NCBI GenBank assembly: GCA_042217505.1
Contig: JBDGSN010000007.1
Span: 2,700-66,699, forward strand
Source of the DNA: Candidatus Nanohaloarchaea archaeon
GTDB taxonomy: Archaea > Nanohalarchaeota > Nanosalinia > Nanosalinales > Nanosalinaceae
DNA: 64,000 bases
Direction: 5' to 3'
The notes beneath the pieces are model-generated. The model saw only the letters and a list, made by a program, of their open reading frames with translations, did no database searches and was not told where the DNA came from. A program made the translations under genes and the position numbers. The stretch's first letter is position 1; each line of letters opens with the position of its first letter. Shown in pieces: positions 24,397 to 32,798 of this stretch.

Positions 24397-25761
24397 TTAA
24401 CTTGATTTGTTTTTATCATCGTTCGTCTCTATGTGAAGTTTCTCGCCCAGGTAGTTCAACCAGTTTTCATCGTTCTGGACCGGATCGATAAAACGGTAAT
24501 CTTCGATCCTTTCGGCAACGTTTTCCGGGATGCCTTTATCGACAAGATCATCTTCCAGGAAATTCTGGAGGAACTTTTTTGCATCAGGGTACTCTCTTTT
24601 GATCTTTGCTGTCAGTCTATCCCCGCATACGAAAGTGTTATCGTACTTTGAGCTGAACTTCTTGATGTGGTTTATCCCATGGAAGACGCTTGGTCCTTTC
24701 TGTTCGGTTGAATCTGGAAGATTTCTATCCATCTCGAAAAGTATCCTCGTCTTTTCCCCGACGTGGAATCCTGAGGTGAATATCCTGAAATCTCTCTTCC
24801 TCAGCTCCGACTCCAGCCTCGAAAGGGTTTTTCTCATCTGCGGGTAGACGATATCATCCACTTCATCGATGTTCTTGAACTCCAGTACAAGGAAGTCGGC
24901 TCTGGAGTCTATCTCCTGCTCTACCTCGAACTCCGTGTAATCGATCTCTTCCTCCCGGAAACTGTCGACTCCAGGTTTCTCGAGGAACTCCCAGCTGTAG
25001 TATATGAACTTTGCCAGGTTCTCCTTTGAAAGGACAGATGCAACATTTCTTTCCTGGTCGACAGGATCGATGACTACGAGCGGTTCGTCCCTGAATTTTT
25101 TCTTCAACTCCGTCGGTAGCTCTTCATGATGTTCTTCCGGATCTATTAACTCATTCTCCTTCCATTCGTCAGCAGCCTCGAGGAGGTTCTTGAAGCTGCC
25201 GTACTCCTCTATAAGTATCTCGCAAAGGTAACCGGAGAAACCCTCTATCTTCAGCGAGCTTCCGTAGATCCCGTGGACTGACAGGAATTTTTTGAGAAGG
25301 ACGACATCCTTTCTCTGCTGTCTATCAAGATTCTCATCGACCCATCTGGAATGGTGAGGCGTCCTGTCCACGCTGCTCTTGATATCCTCCGGGTCAGTGT
25401 CGAAACATGGGACTATCTCCACTTCGTGACTCTCTATAACTCCCTTCGTGTAGGGATGCTCCGCATAGTCGATCTCGAACTCGCCATCAAACCTTTTGAA
25501 CACTGATTTACCGATCTCAAGCCCTTTTCTTTCCAGTTCCTGTCTTTCGGTATCTTCAGGGAATAGAACGAAAAGGTCTATATCTTTGTCTCCAGCCATA
25601 CAGGTCTCTCTTGAGACAGATCCTGCGAAGTGGGTGTCCAGTCCGTGCTCTTTGTTGATGTATTCTGAGAGCTTTCTGTACATCTTCTTCGTCTCTTTAA
25701 GTTCTTCTTCGCTGGGGTAGACTTCTTCCAGAACTTTTTCTCTTACTCTTTCCCATTCCAT
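24397..25761 (-). CDS. cca: CCA-adding enzyme (archaeal class I tRNA nucleotidyltransferase)
   Basis: AGSVSRETCMAGDKDIDLFVLFPED nucleotidyltransferase motif. Length and layout are typical. Confidence 0.9.
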   Translation of the reverse strand: MEWERVREKVLEEVYPSEEELKETKKMYRKLSEYINKEHGLDTHFAGSVSRETCMAGDKDIDLFVLFPEDTERQELERKGLEIGKSVFKRFDGEFEIDYAEHPYTKGVIESHEVEIVPCFDTDPEDIKSSVDRTPHHSRWVDENLDRQQRKDVVLLKKFLSVHGIYGSSLKIEGFSGYLCEILIEEYGSFKNLLEAADEWKENELIDPEEHHEELPTELKKKFRDEPLVVIDPVDQERNVASVLSKENLAKFIYYSWEFLEKPGVDSFREEEIDYTEFEVEQEIDSRADFLVLEFKNIDEVDDIVYPQMRKTLSRLESELRKRDFRIFTSGFHVGEKTRILFEMDRNLPDSTEQKGPSVFHGINHIKKFSSKYDNTFVCGDRLTAKIKREYPDAKKFLQNFLEDDLVDKGIPENVAERIEDYRFIDPVQNDENWLNYLGEKLHIETNDDKNKSS

Positions 25762-25842
25762 GTTTAGTAAGAAGGCCTGCGTCCGTATTAATCCTTTTGT
25801 CTGACAGGTACTCTTTTATTAAATAAGATCTACCGGTTATCT

Positions 25843-26262
25843 ATGAGACTTGATAGGAAAGGAATCTCGCCTTTGATCGCTTCTGTACTTCTTCTGGCGT
25901 TCGCCCTTACCATCGCAGGCATGTTCAGCGAGTGGGGTAACGGGCTTTTCATGAATGCCAAGGATAGGAACACGAAGCAGCAGAAGCAGCTTCTTAACTG
26001 CAACAACATGCGTATAGAGATCACATCTGTGAAGGAGAACTACGGCAGCAATAACCTACAGGTAGTTCTCAAGGATCACGGTGGAAAGATCGGTAATGTA
26101 ACCGTTATCGCTTACCCTTCGATCAAGAGAGGCTATGTTTCGAACAATCTTACAGAGGATAACCAGGTCGAGACCGTGAACATACCGGTCGGGACACAGC
26201 AGGACAAGATCACGGCTGCATCGCTTGACTGCTCTCTTTCATCGACTGAGAAACTTAACTGA
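25843..26262 (+). CDS. archaeal type IV pilin-like protein (class III signal peptide)
   Basis: MRLDRKGISPLIASVLLLAFALTIAGMF is a KG/ISP prepilin-type N-terminus. Confidence 0.75.
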   Translation: MRLDRKGISPLIASVLLLAFALTIAGMFSEWGNGLFMNAKDRNTKQQKQLLNCNNMRIEITSVKENYGSNNLQVVLKDHGGKIGNVTVIAYPSIKRGYVSNNLTEDNQVETVNIPVGTQQDKITAASLDCSLSSTEKLN

Positions 26263-26322
26263 TCAAAAACGGGATGTATGTTTTAGAGAAAAAGTTAAGT
26301 GAAGGGAAATGGAAAGGGGAGT

Positions 26323-26706
26323 TTACTTCTTTACTCCCTTGACAAGCTTCCTGTCATCGAAGACCTGGAACTCGATCTCCTGACCCTCTGAAACGTCCAG
26401 ATCTTCTGGAAGCTGCATCTCTTCGGTCTCGTAGGACTCCATGTCCATGACCTGTGCGATGTCTCCTTCCTTGGAGACTACCTGTCCTATCTTCTTGTTG
26501 ACGTCAGGACTCATCATCATGGAGTCTCCTGGCTTCGTGATGTGTCTATCCTTGTCGTCGAATACTCCTCGAGCCTTGATCTTTACCTTGGCGGAACCGT
26601 GCTTTCCTGGTGAGGACTTTGAAGTACCTCTTACTTCACATGGCTCTCCGTCGATTATAACGTAGCTTCCCTTCCTGAGGCTTGACGCTTCTACTTGGTG
26701 CGGCAT
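26323..26706 (-). CDS. eif5a: translation initiation factor 5A
   Basis: Hypusine loop TSKSSPGKHGSAKVKI. ATG at 26706 is preferred; the track GTG at 26715 abuts the histone stop. Confidence 0.92.
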   Translation of the reverse strand: MPHQVEASSLRKGSYVIIDGEPCEVRGTSKSSPGKHGSAKVKIKARGVFDDKDRHITKPGDSMMMSPDVNKKIGQVVSKEGDIAQVMDMESYETEEMQLPEDLDVSEGQEIEFQVFDDRKLVKGVKK

Positions 26707-26715
26707 TTCTGGCAC

Positions 26716-26913
26716 CTACTGGGAGGCCATCTGGATATCTTCTTTCTTAACTGTTTTTCTTCCAGCGTGGTCTGCAAGCTCCATCGCTTCCATCGCAATT
26801 TCCTCTCCTGCTTCCTCGACTGCGTCTCTAAGTTCTTCTACTGCATCGTCTGAAACTCTTTCAGCGCCTGCATTCCTGATTATTCTTTCGATTGGTGCGT
26901 TAGGTAAACTCAT
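26716..26913 (-). CDS. archaeal histone (HMf family, 65 aa)
   Basis: [63 protein letters not shown]. Uses the internal ATG at 26913. Confidence 0.9.
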   Translation of the reverse strand: MSLPNAPIERIIRNAGAERVSDDAVEELRDAVEEAGEEIAMEAMELADHAGRKTVKKEDIQMASQ

Positions 26914-26978
26914 TGTTAGATCACATTTCAGGAATGACAGAGCAATTTTTAATATAGATTGGGTGGTCTGATAAAGAT

Positions 26979-27437
26979 ATGGGCGCTGTAGTCGATGCAA
27001 ACGTGTTCCTTCACGGTAGAGGACGATACCGGTTCGATAAAGCTTTCACCGTTCCAGAGGTTGTGGAAGAGGTAAGAAGCGGTAAAGGCAGGAACAACCT
27101 GAGGAACCTCGACTACAGTACAGGGAAGCCATCTCAAAGCTCTCTGGAGGAAGTTCGGAAGAAGTCGGATGAGATCAACTCTCCTACCTCAGATGTCGAC
27201 GAAAAGCTCCTGGCGCTTGCCAGGGATATCCAGGGAACGCTTGTAACCGATGATAAAGCTCTCCAGAACCTTGCAATACACCTTGATATTGATTTTGAAG
27301 GATACCTGGAAGACAGGGTTGAGGAAAAGTTCGAGTGGGAGATGATATGTGAGAACTGTGGCAGGAATGTTTCAGGAGAACGATGTTCGAGCTGTGGTTC
27401 TACTCTTCTTCGGAGGAGACTAGTTCGGAATAGTTGA
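26979..27437 (+). CDS. nob1: Nob1-like PIN endonuclease with C-terminal zinc ribbon
   Basis: PIN N-terminus [11 protein letters not shown] and [10 protein letters not shown], then [18 protein letters not shown]. Confidence 0.75.
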   Translation: MGAVVDANVFLHGRGRYRFDKAFTVPEVVEEVRSGKGRNNLRNLDYSTGKPSQSSLEEVRKKSDEINSPTSDVDEKLLALARDIQGTLVTDDKALQNLAIHLDIDFEGYLEDRVEEKFEWEMICENCGRNVSGERCSSCGSTLLRRRLVRNS

Positions 27438-28503
27438 GGATGAATTCTTTTGACAGGATCAGCATTATAGGTCCCAGCACCAGTCCCTTTACTCCCAGGG
27501 TAAGCGGTCCTGCGATGAATCCTGTGAAGATGATCAGCGGGTGCTCGTTCATCTGTTTTGAACCCACCCATGGTCTCAGCAATATCTCGGGCAGTATGTT
27601 GAGCACGATGGTTCCGAAAAGCAGTATCAAAGTCCCCTTTATCGGTTCTCCGAATAACAGGTAGTATAGTCCGATCGGACCGTATATCATGAACGCTGCG
27701 AAAAGAGGCATCAGTGCTGCGATCGCTATAAGAAGAGACCAGAGAAGTATGAACGGTATGCCTGTGGTGGAGAGAGCTATAAGGTAGAAGCCGACGAAAG
27801 CTGTGATACCAAGTATCAGTGCGACCGTGAACTGCGTCAGAAATACGCCACGGAAGATGTTGTCGATCGACCTTATCAGACTTCTAAGTATCTTCTCCTC
27901 GTTTTCAGGCATGCTTTCGATGACCTCGAAGACTTTCTTCTCTATATACGCTCCGTCTCTGTACAGGTAGATCGATGTCACGAGGAATATACCGAGGTCG
28001 ATGAATAGTCGTGGTATAGATGCCAGTGTCGACTTCAGCCACACCTGCAATCCGTTGGACATCGAGGTTATGAACTGCATCATCTCCGTCCTGAAGGTGT
28101 TCGGGAAGTGCAGCACATCAAGTAGATGGCTGACATTGGTCTGTAGATCCAGTGCGAAAACGTTGACTGCGAATATTATGTCATAGAAGTTGTTGATGAA
28201 GAAGAACACTCCTAGTGCAAATATGCCGATCACTGAGGTCGTTACGACAAGTGATGACAGAAAATCGTTTTCCAGGTAGCTGTTAAGCCGTCTGTGTGCG
28301 AATCTTAGAAGGTATGATGTAGCAACTGCGAGTATTATCGCATCCAGGAAAGGATAGACGATGAGAAGGCTACCAAGTATAAGTATTATAGCGACCCCGA
28401 GGATTTCTCTCTTGAAACGGAGGTTCTCCTGCTCCATAAGCCTAGGTGATTGAAGAAGCCATTTATTACCACTGGTGACCCTAACGCCGTGATTAGTTGT
28501 CAC
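27400..28503 (-). CDS. AI-2E (PerM/UPF0118) family membrane transporter
   Basis: About 8 TM helices. The C-terminal pattern LRPWVGSKQMNEHPLIIFTGFIAGPLTLGVKGLVLGPIML is typical of the family. Confidence 0.7.
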   Translation of the reverse strand: MTTNHGVRVTSGNKWLLQSPRLMEQENLRFKREILGVAIILILGSLLIVYPFLDAIILAVATSYLLRFAHRRLNSYLENDFLSSLVVTTSVIGIFALGVFFFINNFYDIIFAVNVFALDLQTNVSHLLDVLHFPNTFRTEMMQFITSMSNGLQVWLKSTLASIPRLFIDLGIFLVTSIYLYRDGAYIEKKVFEVIESMPENEEKILRSLIRSIDNIFRGVFLTQFTVALILGITAFVGFYLIALSTTGIPFILLWSLLIAIAALMPLFAAFMIYGPIGLYYLLFGEPIKGTLILLFGTIVLNILPEILLRPWVGSKQMNEHPLIIFTGFIAGPLTLGVKGLVLGPIMLILSKEFILNYSELVSSEEE

Positions 28504-28638
28504 TGATCGATGACTACTCCACCAAAACCTATTTAAAGATTCGGGTCGCTTATCTTAATCTACAAGTTCAATAGATTTGAACTTTTTGCTAAATCGACAA
28601 GATTAATTTCGAACAACAATTCCCGGAGTAAGAATACT

Positions 28639-29739
28639 ATGTCAGACCAAGCGCATAACGTTCCAAGACGAGAATTCGATGATTATCAAATTCCCGAAGA
28701 ATGGGAAGAAGATGAGGATCAAAAGGCAGAGAAAGCCCAGGAGGCTGAAGAGAAGCCGGAATCTGAAGATGGTGCCGTAGCTGAAGGAAAAGGTTACGAA
28801 GTAAGACGTGAAGAAGCATCTGAAGGAGATACCGTCCTTACCTGTCCAGAGTGTGGATCCCAGAGGTTCGAGGAGAACTCGGCCCAGGGAGAGCTCGCAT
28901 GTGTAGAATGTGGACTCATCATCGACGAAGACCGTATCGATGAATCCGCAGAGTGGAGAGCTTTCAACGAAGAAGAAAGAGAGAAGAAGGCAAGAGCAGG
29001 CCAGCCACTAACATACACCAAGCACGACATGGGAGTATCCACAGAGATCGGTAAAGGATCCGGAGAGCTCTACAAGGTTTCAGGTAACAAGCGTGCCCAG
29101 TACTACAGACTAAGGAAGTGGCACAAGAGGCTTACAAAGTCGAAAGACCGTAACCTTGGATTCGCTCTATCCGAGCTGAACTCCATGGTTTCCAATCTCA
29201 ACCTTCCGGAGTCAGTCCACGAAGAAGTCGCACGACTCTACGAGAAGGCGGTCGATCAGGGACTGGTCAGAGGAAGAAGCATGGAGTCCATAATCTCTGC
29301 ACTTCTCTACATCGTTGCAAGGAAGCAGGGAACACCAAGAACTCTTGACGAGATCTCGGAAGCATCAGGTATCGAGAAAAGAGAGATTGGACGTGCATAC
29401 AGGTACGTCGCAAGAGAACTTGGATTGAGGATCCTACCGGCAAAGCCACAGGATTACGTACCGAGGTTCGCTGGAAAACTCCAGCTTTCTGGAGAGGTCC
29501 AGGCAAGAGCACGTAACATCCTCAAAGAAGCAAGAGAAAGAGATCTTCTATCCGGTAAAGGACCGACAGGTCTTGCGGCAGCAGCGCTCTACATCGCTGC
29601 AGTCCTTGAAGGCGAGAAGAGGACACAGAGAGAGGTAGCCGATGTAGTCGGTGTAACCGAAGTAACGATCAGGAACCGTTACAAAGAACTCGCAGAGAAA
29701 CTCGAGCTCGAGGAAGAGCTTGAAGAGAAGTCCAGCTAG
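28639..29739 (+). CDS. tfb: transcription initiation factor TFB with a long acidic N-terminal extension
   Basis: Zn ribbon CPECGS...CVECG, B-finger/linker and two cyclin repeats. About 65 acidic residues precede the ribbon. Confidence 0.95.
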   Translation: MSDQAHNVPRREFDDYQIPEEWEEDEDQKAEKAQEAEEKPESEDGAVAEGKGYEVRREEASEGDTVLTCPECGSQRFEENSAQGELACVECGLIIDEDRIDESAEWRAFNEEEREKKARAGQPLTYTKHDMGVSTEIGKGSGELYKVSGNKRAQYYRLRKWHKRLTKSKDRNLGFALSELNSMVSNLNLPESVHEEVARLYEKAVDQGLVRGRSMESIISALLYIVARKQGTPRTLDEISEASGIEKREIGRAYRYVARELGLRILPAKPQDYVPRFAGKLQLSGEVQARARNILKEARERDLLSGKGPTGLAAAALYIAAVLEGEKRTQREVADVVGVTEVTIRNRYKELAEKLELEEELEEKSS

Positions 29740-29793
29740 GGTAATACCTGGCACCACTTTTTCATTTCCCTATATTACTTCTGGATGATGTAA

Positions 29794-30810
29794 ATGGAGA
29801 TAAACCCCGATATACCAAGTTCGCAGAGAGTAGTGGATGTTGGTCTTCACAACCTCGAGATGATGGGTGTGGAGTATGACGAGCCAAACCGTGTCGTTGT
29901 GGGATATACCCCTTATGGTGCTGCAGCATGTGACCATATAGCGGATACGATATTCATAGGCTCTGAAACCATGCTCAACCGTGATTCTTCCGTGATAGAT
30001 TTCGAACACGAAACAGTCCATTATACCCAGCACGGCTACCTCTGGCCGGATGTGGAGGAAGGATTTCATGATGCCCGTCAGAGGGTGGAGCAGAGGGCAC
30101 TGGGCAACAGCGTTTCATCTCTAGGAGACAGCGACTATGTCGAAAGCCTTGTTGGTGAAGGGCATCTGACATACGACAACTTCGAAGTCATGCTTGCCCT
30201 GGCATCGGGTAAAGAAGGTATACTTGAAGATATAGTCCAGATGAAGGACGGCCGTGAAAGATATCTTAACTGGCTGAGGGAGGAACATGAATCCCGGGAG
30301 GAACAGTTGATGGATGATGACTCCGGTTTAACCCGGCAGGAGTACAGCGAACTCGCACAGAGCCATTCAGCGTGGAAAGCGCAGGAGGCAAGGACAGAGT
30401 TCGATTTTGTAGAGGAGGTATTGGAGTACGTCGAGCACCGCTGGGATGAGATCCTGGCTTTGGAGGCCACGGATTTCGCTGAACCTGTCATCGATCGATA
30501 CGAGTCAGATATTGAAAAACCAGACGATATGATGGAGGCCCAGGCACAGTTCTGGAGTCTTTTCCGGGCTGGTGCTTTCGAAGATATAGCTGAAGACGGT
30601 TCGGATTTCTACTCTGATCCTCTTGAAGAACGTCTCAGCGATATAGATGAGTACTACACAGATCACCGCTGGTACGATCACGGCGATAACGTCCGTAACG
30701 AACTCGAGGATCGTATCGAAAGATTCAGGGAAAGGGTCAGTGATGGAGCTGAACCCGGTGTTACAGCTGTCGATATAGTTAACCAGGATTACAGGGCTCT
30801 TGCAGACTGA
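29794..30810 (+). CDS. cytoplasmic acidic protein with a HExxH...EEGF gluzincin-like motif
   Basis: FEHETVHYTQHGYLWPDVEEGFHD. No signal peptide. The C-terminal two thirds are acidic and helical. Confidence 0.5.
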   Translation: MEINPDIPSSQRVVDVGLHNLEMMGVEYDEPNRVVVGYTPYGAAACDHIADTIFIGSETMLNRDSSVIDFEHETVHYTQHGYLWPDVEEGFHDARQRVEQRALGNSVSSLGDSDYVESLVGEGHLTYDNFEVMLALASGKEGILEDIVQMKDGRERYLNWLREEHESREEQLMDDDSGLTRQEYSELAQSHSAWKAQEARTEFDFVEEVLEYVEHRWDEILALEATDFAEPVIDRYESDIEKPDDMMEAQAQFWSLFRAGAFEDIAEDGSDFYSDPLEERLSDIDEYYTDHRWYDHGDNVRNELEDRIERFRERVSDGAEPGVTAVDIVNQDYRALAD

Positions 30811-30818
30811 AAGACTTT

Positions 30819-31145
30819 TCAGGGAAAGATGTCGTGAGCGTTCTCGGTGACTGCTCCACTGTAACTCTCGAACTCTCTGCCGTCAACGACCAGAGTGGCA
30901 TCGTAGTTCGCAGTGACCTCGTCATTGAACATCAGGTAGTCTGAAAAACATTCTCCTCTGTACTGATGGAATAAGGTGACCTCATTATCGAGATAAACTT
31001 CATCGCCTTGGCTCTCAGCTCTTGAGAGCACTTCTTCGGGGTCTTCATCGGTTAACTTTTCAAGTACGTCTATTATGCGTTCTTTATCCGTCATAGGGGC
31101 GTTATCAGGCGATTTCGCATCTGAGTCGTGTGTTCTAGCAGCCAT
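30819..31145 (-). CDS. hypothetical acidic protein (108 aa)
   Basis: Clean ORF. No family recognised. Confidence 0.45.
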   Translation of the reverse strand: MAARTHDSDAKSPDNAPMTDKERIIDVLEKLTDEDPEEVLSRAESQGDEVYLDNEVTLFHQYRGECFSDYLMFNDEVTANYDATLVVDGREFESYSGAVTENAHDIFP

Positions 31146-31212
31146 TCCTTTAGAAATTCGGCCGACGGATTTAAAAAAGTTTCCTGGCTGAAAGGATTGT
31201 TCCTAAACCCAC

Positions 31213-32313
31213 TCACTCTCCGGAGACCTCTCTGAGGATATCCTGGATGTCCTCATGAGGTGCGTCGGTCCTGAAACCTGTCGGGGAGAGGTGTGTTTTT
31301 GAGACCGGGTATCCACGCTCTCTTATGGCTTCTATAACCTCTTTACTCTTTGGAACCTGAATTCCAAGGTCGGAAGACATGCTGTGAATGTCGTAAAACG
31401 GCTTCAATATCTCCGCTTCGCTATCGATCTTCTTTAGGAGCTTGTAGCTGTTTTCCCAGTCCTCTGGCATTTCTTCAAGCATATAACTGGTGAAACGCTG
31501 GTCTGAAATTTTTCCTGTCCATAGGGGCCCTGCTATATCAGTTTCAGATCCACATACCGGGCATTCTTCGATCCTATCAAGTTTACGCCAGCGGCAGTCT
31601 GGACAAAACGATAGATGGCCTATATTGTCCAGTGTCCTGTTGGTCCTCTTCTTTGACTCGGTGACACGTCCCATGATCCGGGAGTAATGCCTTTCCTGGA
31701 ATGATATCCTGGGTTCGAAGCATTTGTCGTACCTTGCGAAATTTTCGAACGCTTCCTTGATGTATATCCTTAATGCTGTTTCATGCATGAAGCTGTTTTT
31801 CAGCGGTCTGGAGCCGTATCTTCTTCTGCAAACGGTCGGATAGCTTCCAGAGGCTGCGGAGTTATCCGTTGCGGTAAGTCCGACAAAGCTCTGGTAGTTC
31901 GCTGCTCTCGCAGTGGAGTCAAGGAAGTTGACGAACGGTCCGAATGGGTCGATATCTATCAGGTTGAGATGGTTCCTGTGCTCGCTGAGGAATACGTTCG
32001 CATCCTCGTTGCTCACCTTCCCCTGTATATTATTGTGTTCAAGCCCTTTTTTGATGCTCTTCACTGCTTTCGGATTGGCATCGTTGAGGTAGAGCTCATC
32101 CGCTATCTCTGCGTAACGAAAACCTCTGATACCTGAACCGGAAAGAGGGTCAGCTGCAGTAAATATCTCTGTATCTATCTTCTGTCGGAACACTTTCCCG
32201 GCTATAGCTGAAAGATCTCTGTTGTGCAGCATCTTGTCGTTGAAGAAGACTTCTGAGTCCTTGGTGGGTTCATCTTCTTCCGGGGCGAAAAGCTGGTATC
32301 CTCTTTCTTCCAT
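31213..32313 (-). CDS. trm1: tRNA (guanine26-N2)-dimethyltransferase Trm1
   Basis: FFNDKMLHNRDLS, IDIDPFGPFVNFLDS, and zinc motif CPDCRW...CPVCGS. ATG at 32313 (MEERGY) was chosen; the track start at 32481 would overrun the atp promoter. Confidence 0.85.
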   Translation of the reverse strand: MEERGYQLFAPEEDEPTKDSEVFFNDKMLHNRDLSAIAGKVFRQKIDTEIFTAADPLSGSGIRGFRYAEIADELYLNDANPKAVKSIKKGLEHNNIQGKVSNEDANVFLSEHRNHLNLIDIDPFGPFVNFLDSTARAANYQSFVGLTATDNSAASGSYPTVCRRRYGSRPLKNSFMHETALRIYIKEAFENFARYDKCFEPRISFQERHYSRIMGRVTESKKRTNRTLDNIGHLSFCPDCRWRKLDRIEECPVCGSETDIAGPLWTGKISDQRFTSYMLEEMPEDWENSYKLLKKIDSEAEILKPFYDIHSMSSDLGIQVPKSKEVIEAIRERGYPVSKTHLSPTGFRTDAPHEDIQDILREVSGE

Positions 32314-32409
32314 ACTGTGAAATAGTTCCCGAAATTTTTTTAAAGAAAGCAAGTTGTCATCACCGCAATAATTCTTATAAACGTAACTTGGAGAGACCCT
32401 GGAAGTAGG

Positions 32410-32419
32410 GTTTATAAAC
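32410..32419. promoter_or_regulatory. palindromic TATA element GTTTATAAAC (atp operon promoter, possibly bidirectional)
   Basis: Exact 10-mer 37 nt before the atpH GTG. A GGTGA Shine-Dalgarno site at 32443-32447 lies between them. Confidence 0.55.
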
Positions 32420-32455
32420 TTCCCGAGTGGTGACGTTAATGTCGGTGAATTATAG

Positions 32456-32773
32456 GTGTCTAACGTAGTTGAAGAAGTCAAGAAAGCCGAGAAAGATGCT
32501 CAGTCGATAGTAGAAGAAGCACATGAAAAGGCTGAGGAGATTCTCGAAAATGCGAGAGAAGAGGCAAACAGTAAAGTAGAGGACGCAGAGTCCGAGGCGA
32601 GCCAGGAGAAAGAAAGAAAGATGTCCAGGTTCAAGGATGCGGTCGCTGAAGAGAAGGAAGAGATAGTCGAAGAAGGACATGACTCAGCGCAGGATATCAG
32701 GAAAAAAGCCGAAGAAAACATGGATGACGCCACCGACTTTCTAGCGGATAAGTTCGAGTCAGAGTTCCTATAG
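32456..32773 (+). CDS. atpH: A-type ATP synthase subunit H
   Basis: Short E/K/A-rich helical protein VVEEVKKAEKDAQSIVEEAHEKAEEILENAREEA in first position of the operon. Confidence 0.8.
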   Translation: MSNVVEEVKKAEKDAQSIVEEAHEKAEEILENAREEANSKVEDAESEASQEKERKMSRFKDAVAEEKEEIVEEGHDSAQDIRKKAEENMDDATDFLADKFESEFL

Positions 32774-32798
32774 GTGATCAAAGATTAAGCCGGCAGAG

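Noticed and set aside
27134-27571. 145-aa minus-strand ORF rich in Arg/Ser/His
   Set aside because: It is out of frame with, and overlapped by, two well-supported genes (Nob1 on the plus strand and the AI-2E transporter on the minus strand).
31213-32481. Full 422-aa track version of Trm1
   Set aside because: The extra 56 N-terminal residues (Ser/Thr/Pro-rich) would overlap the atp promoter GTTTATAAAC and the atpH start. MEERGY at 32313 has its own A/T-rich box about 27 nt upstream and matches the usual Trm1 N-terminus.
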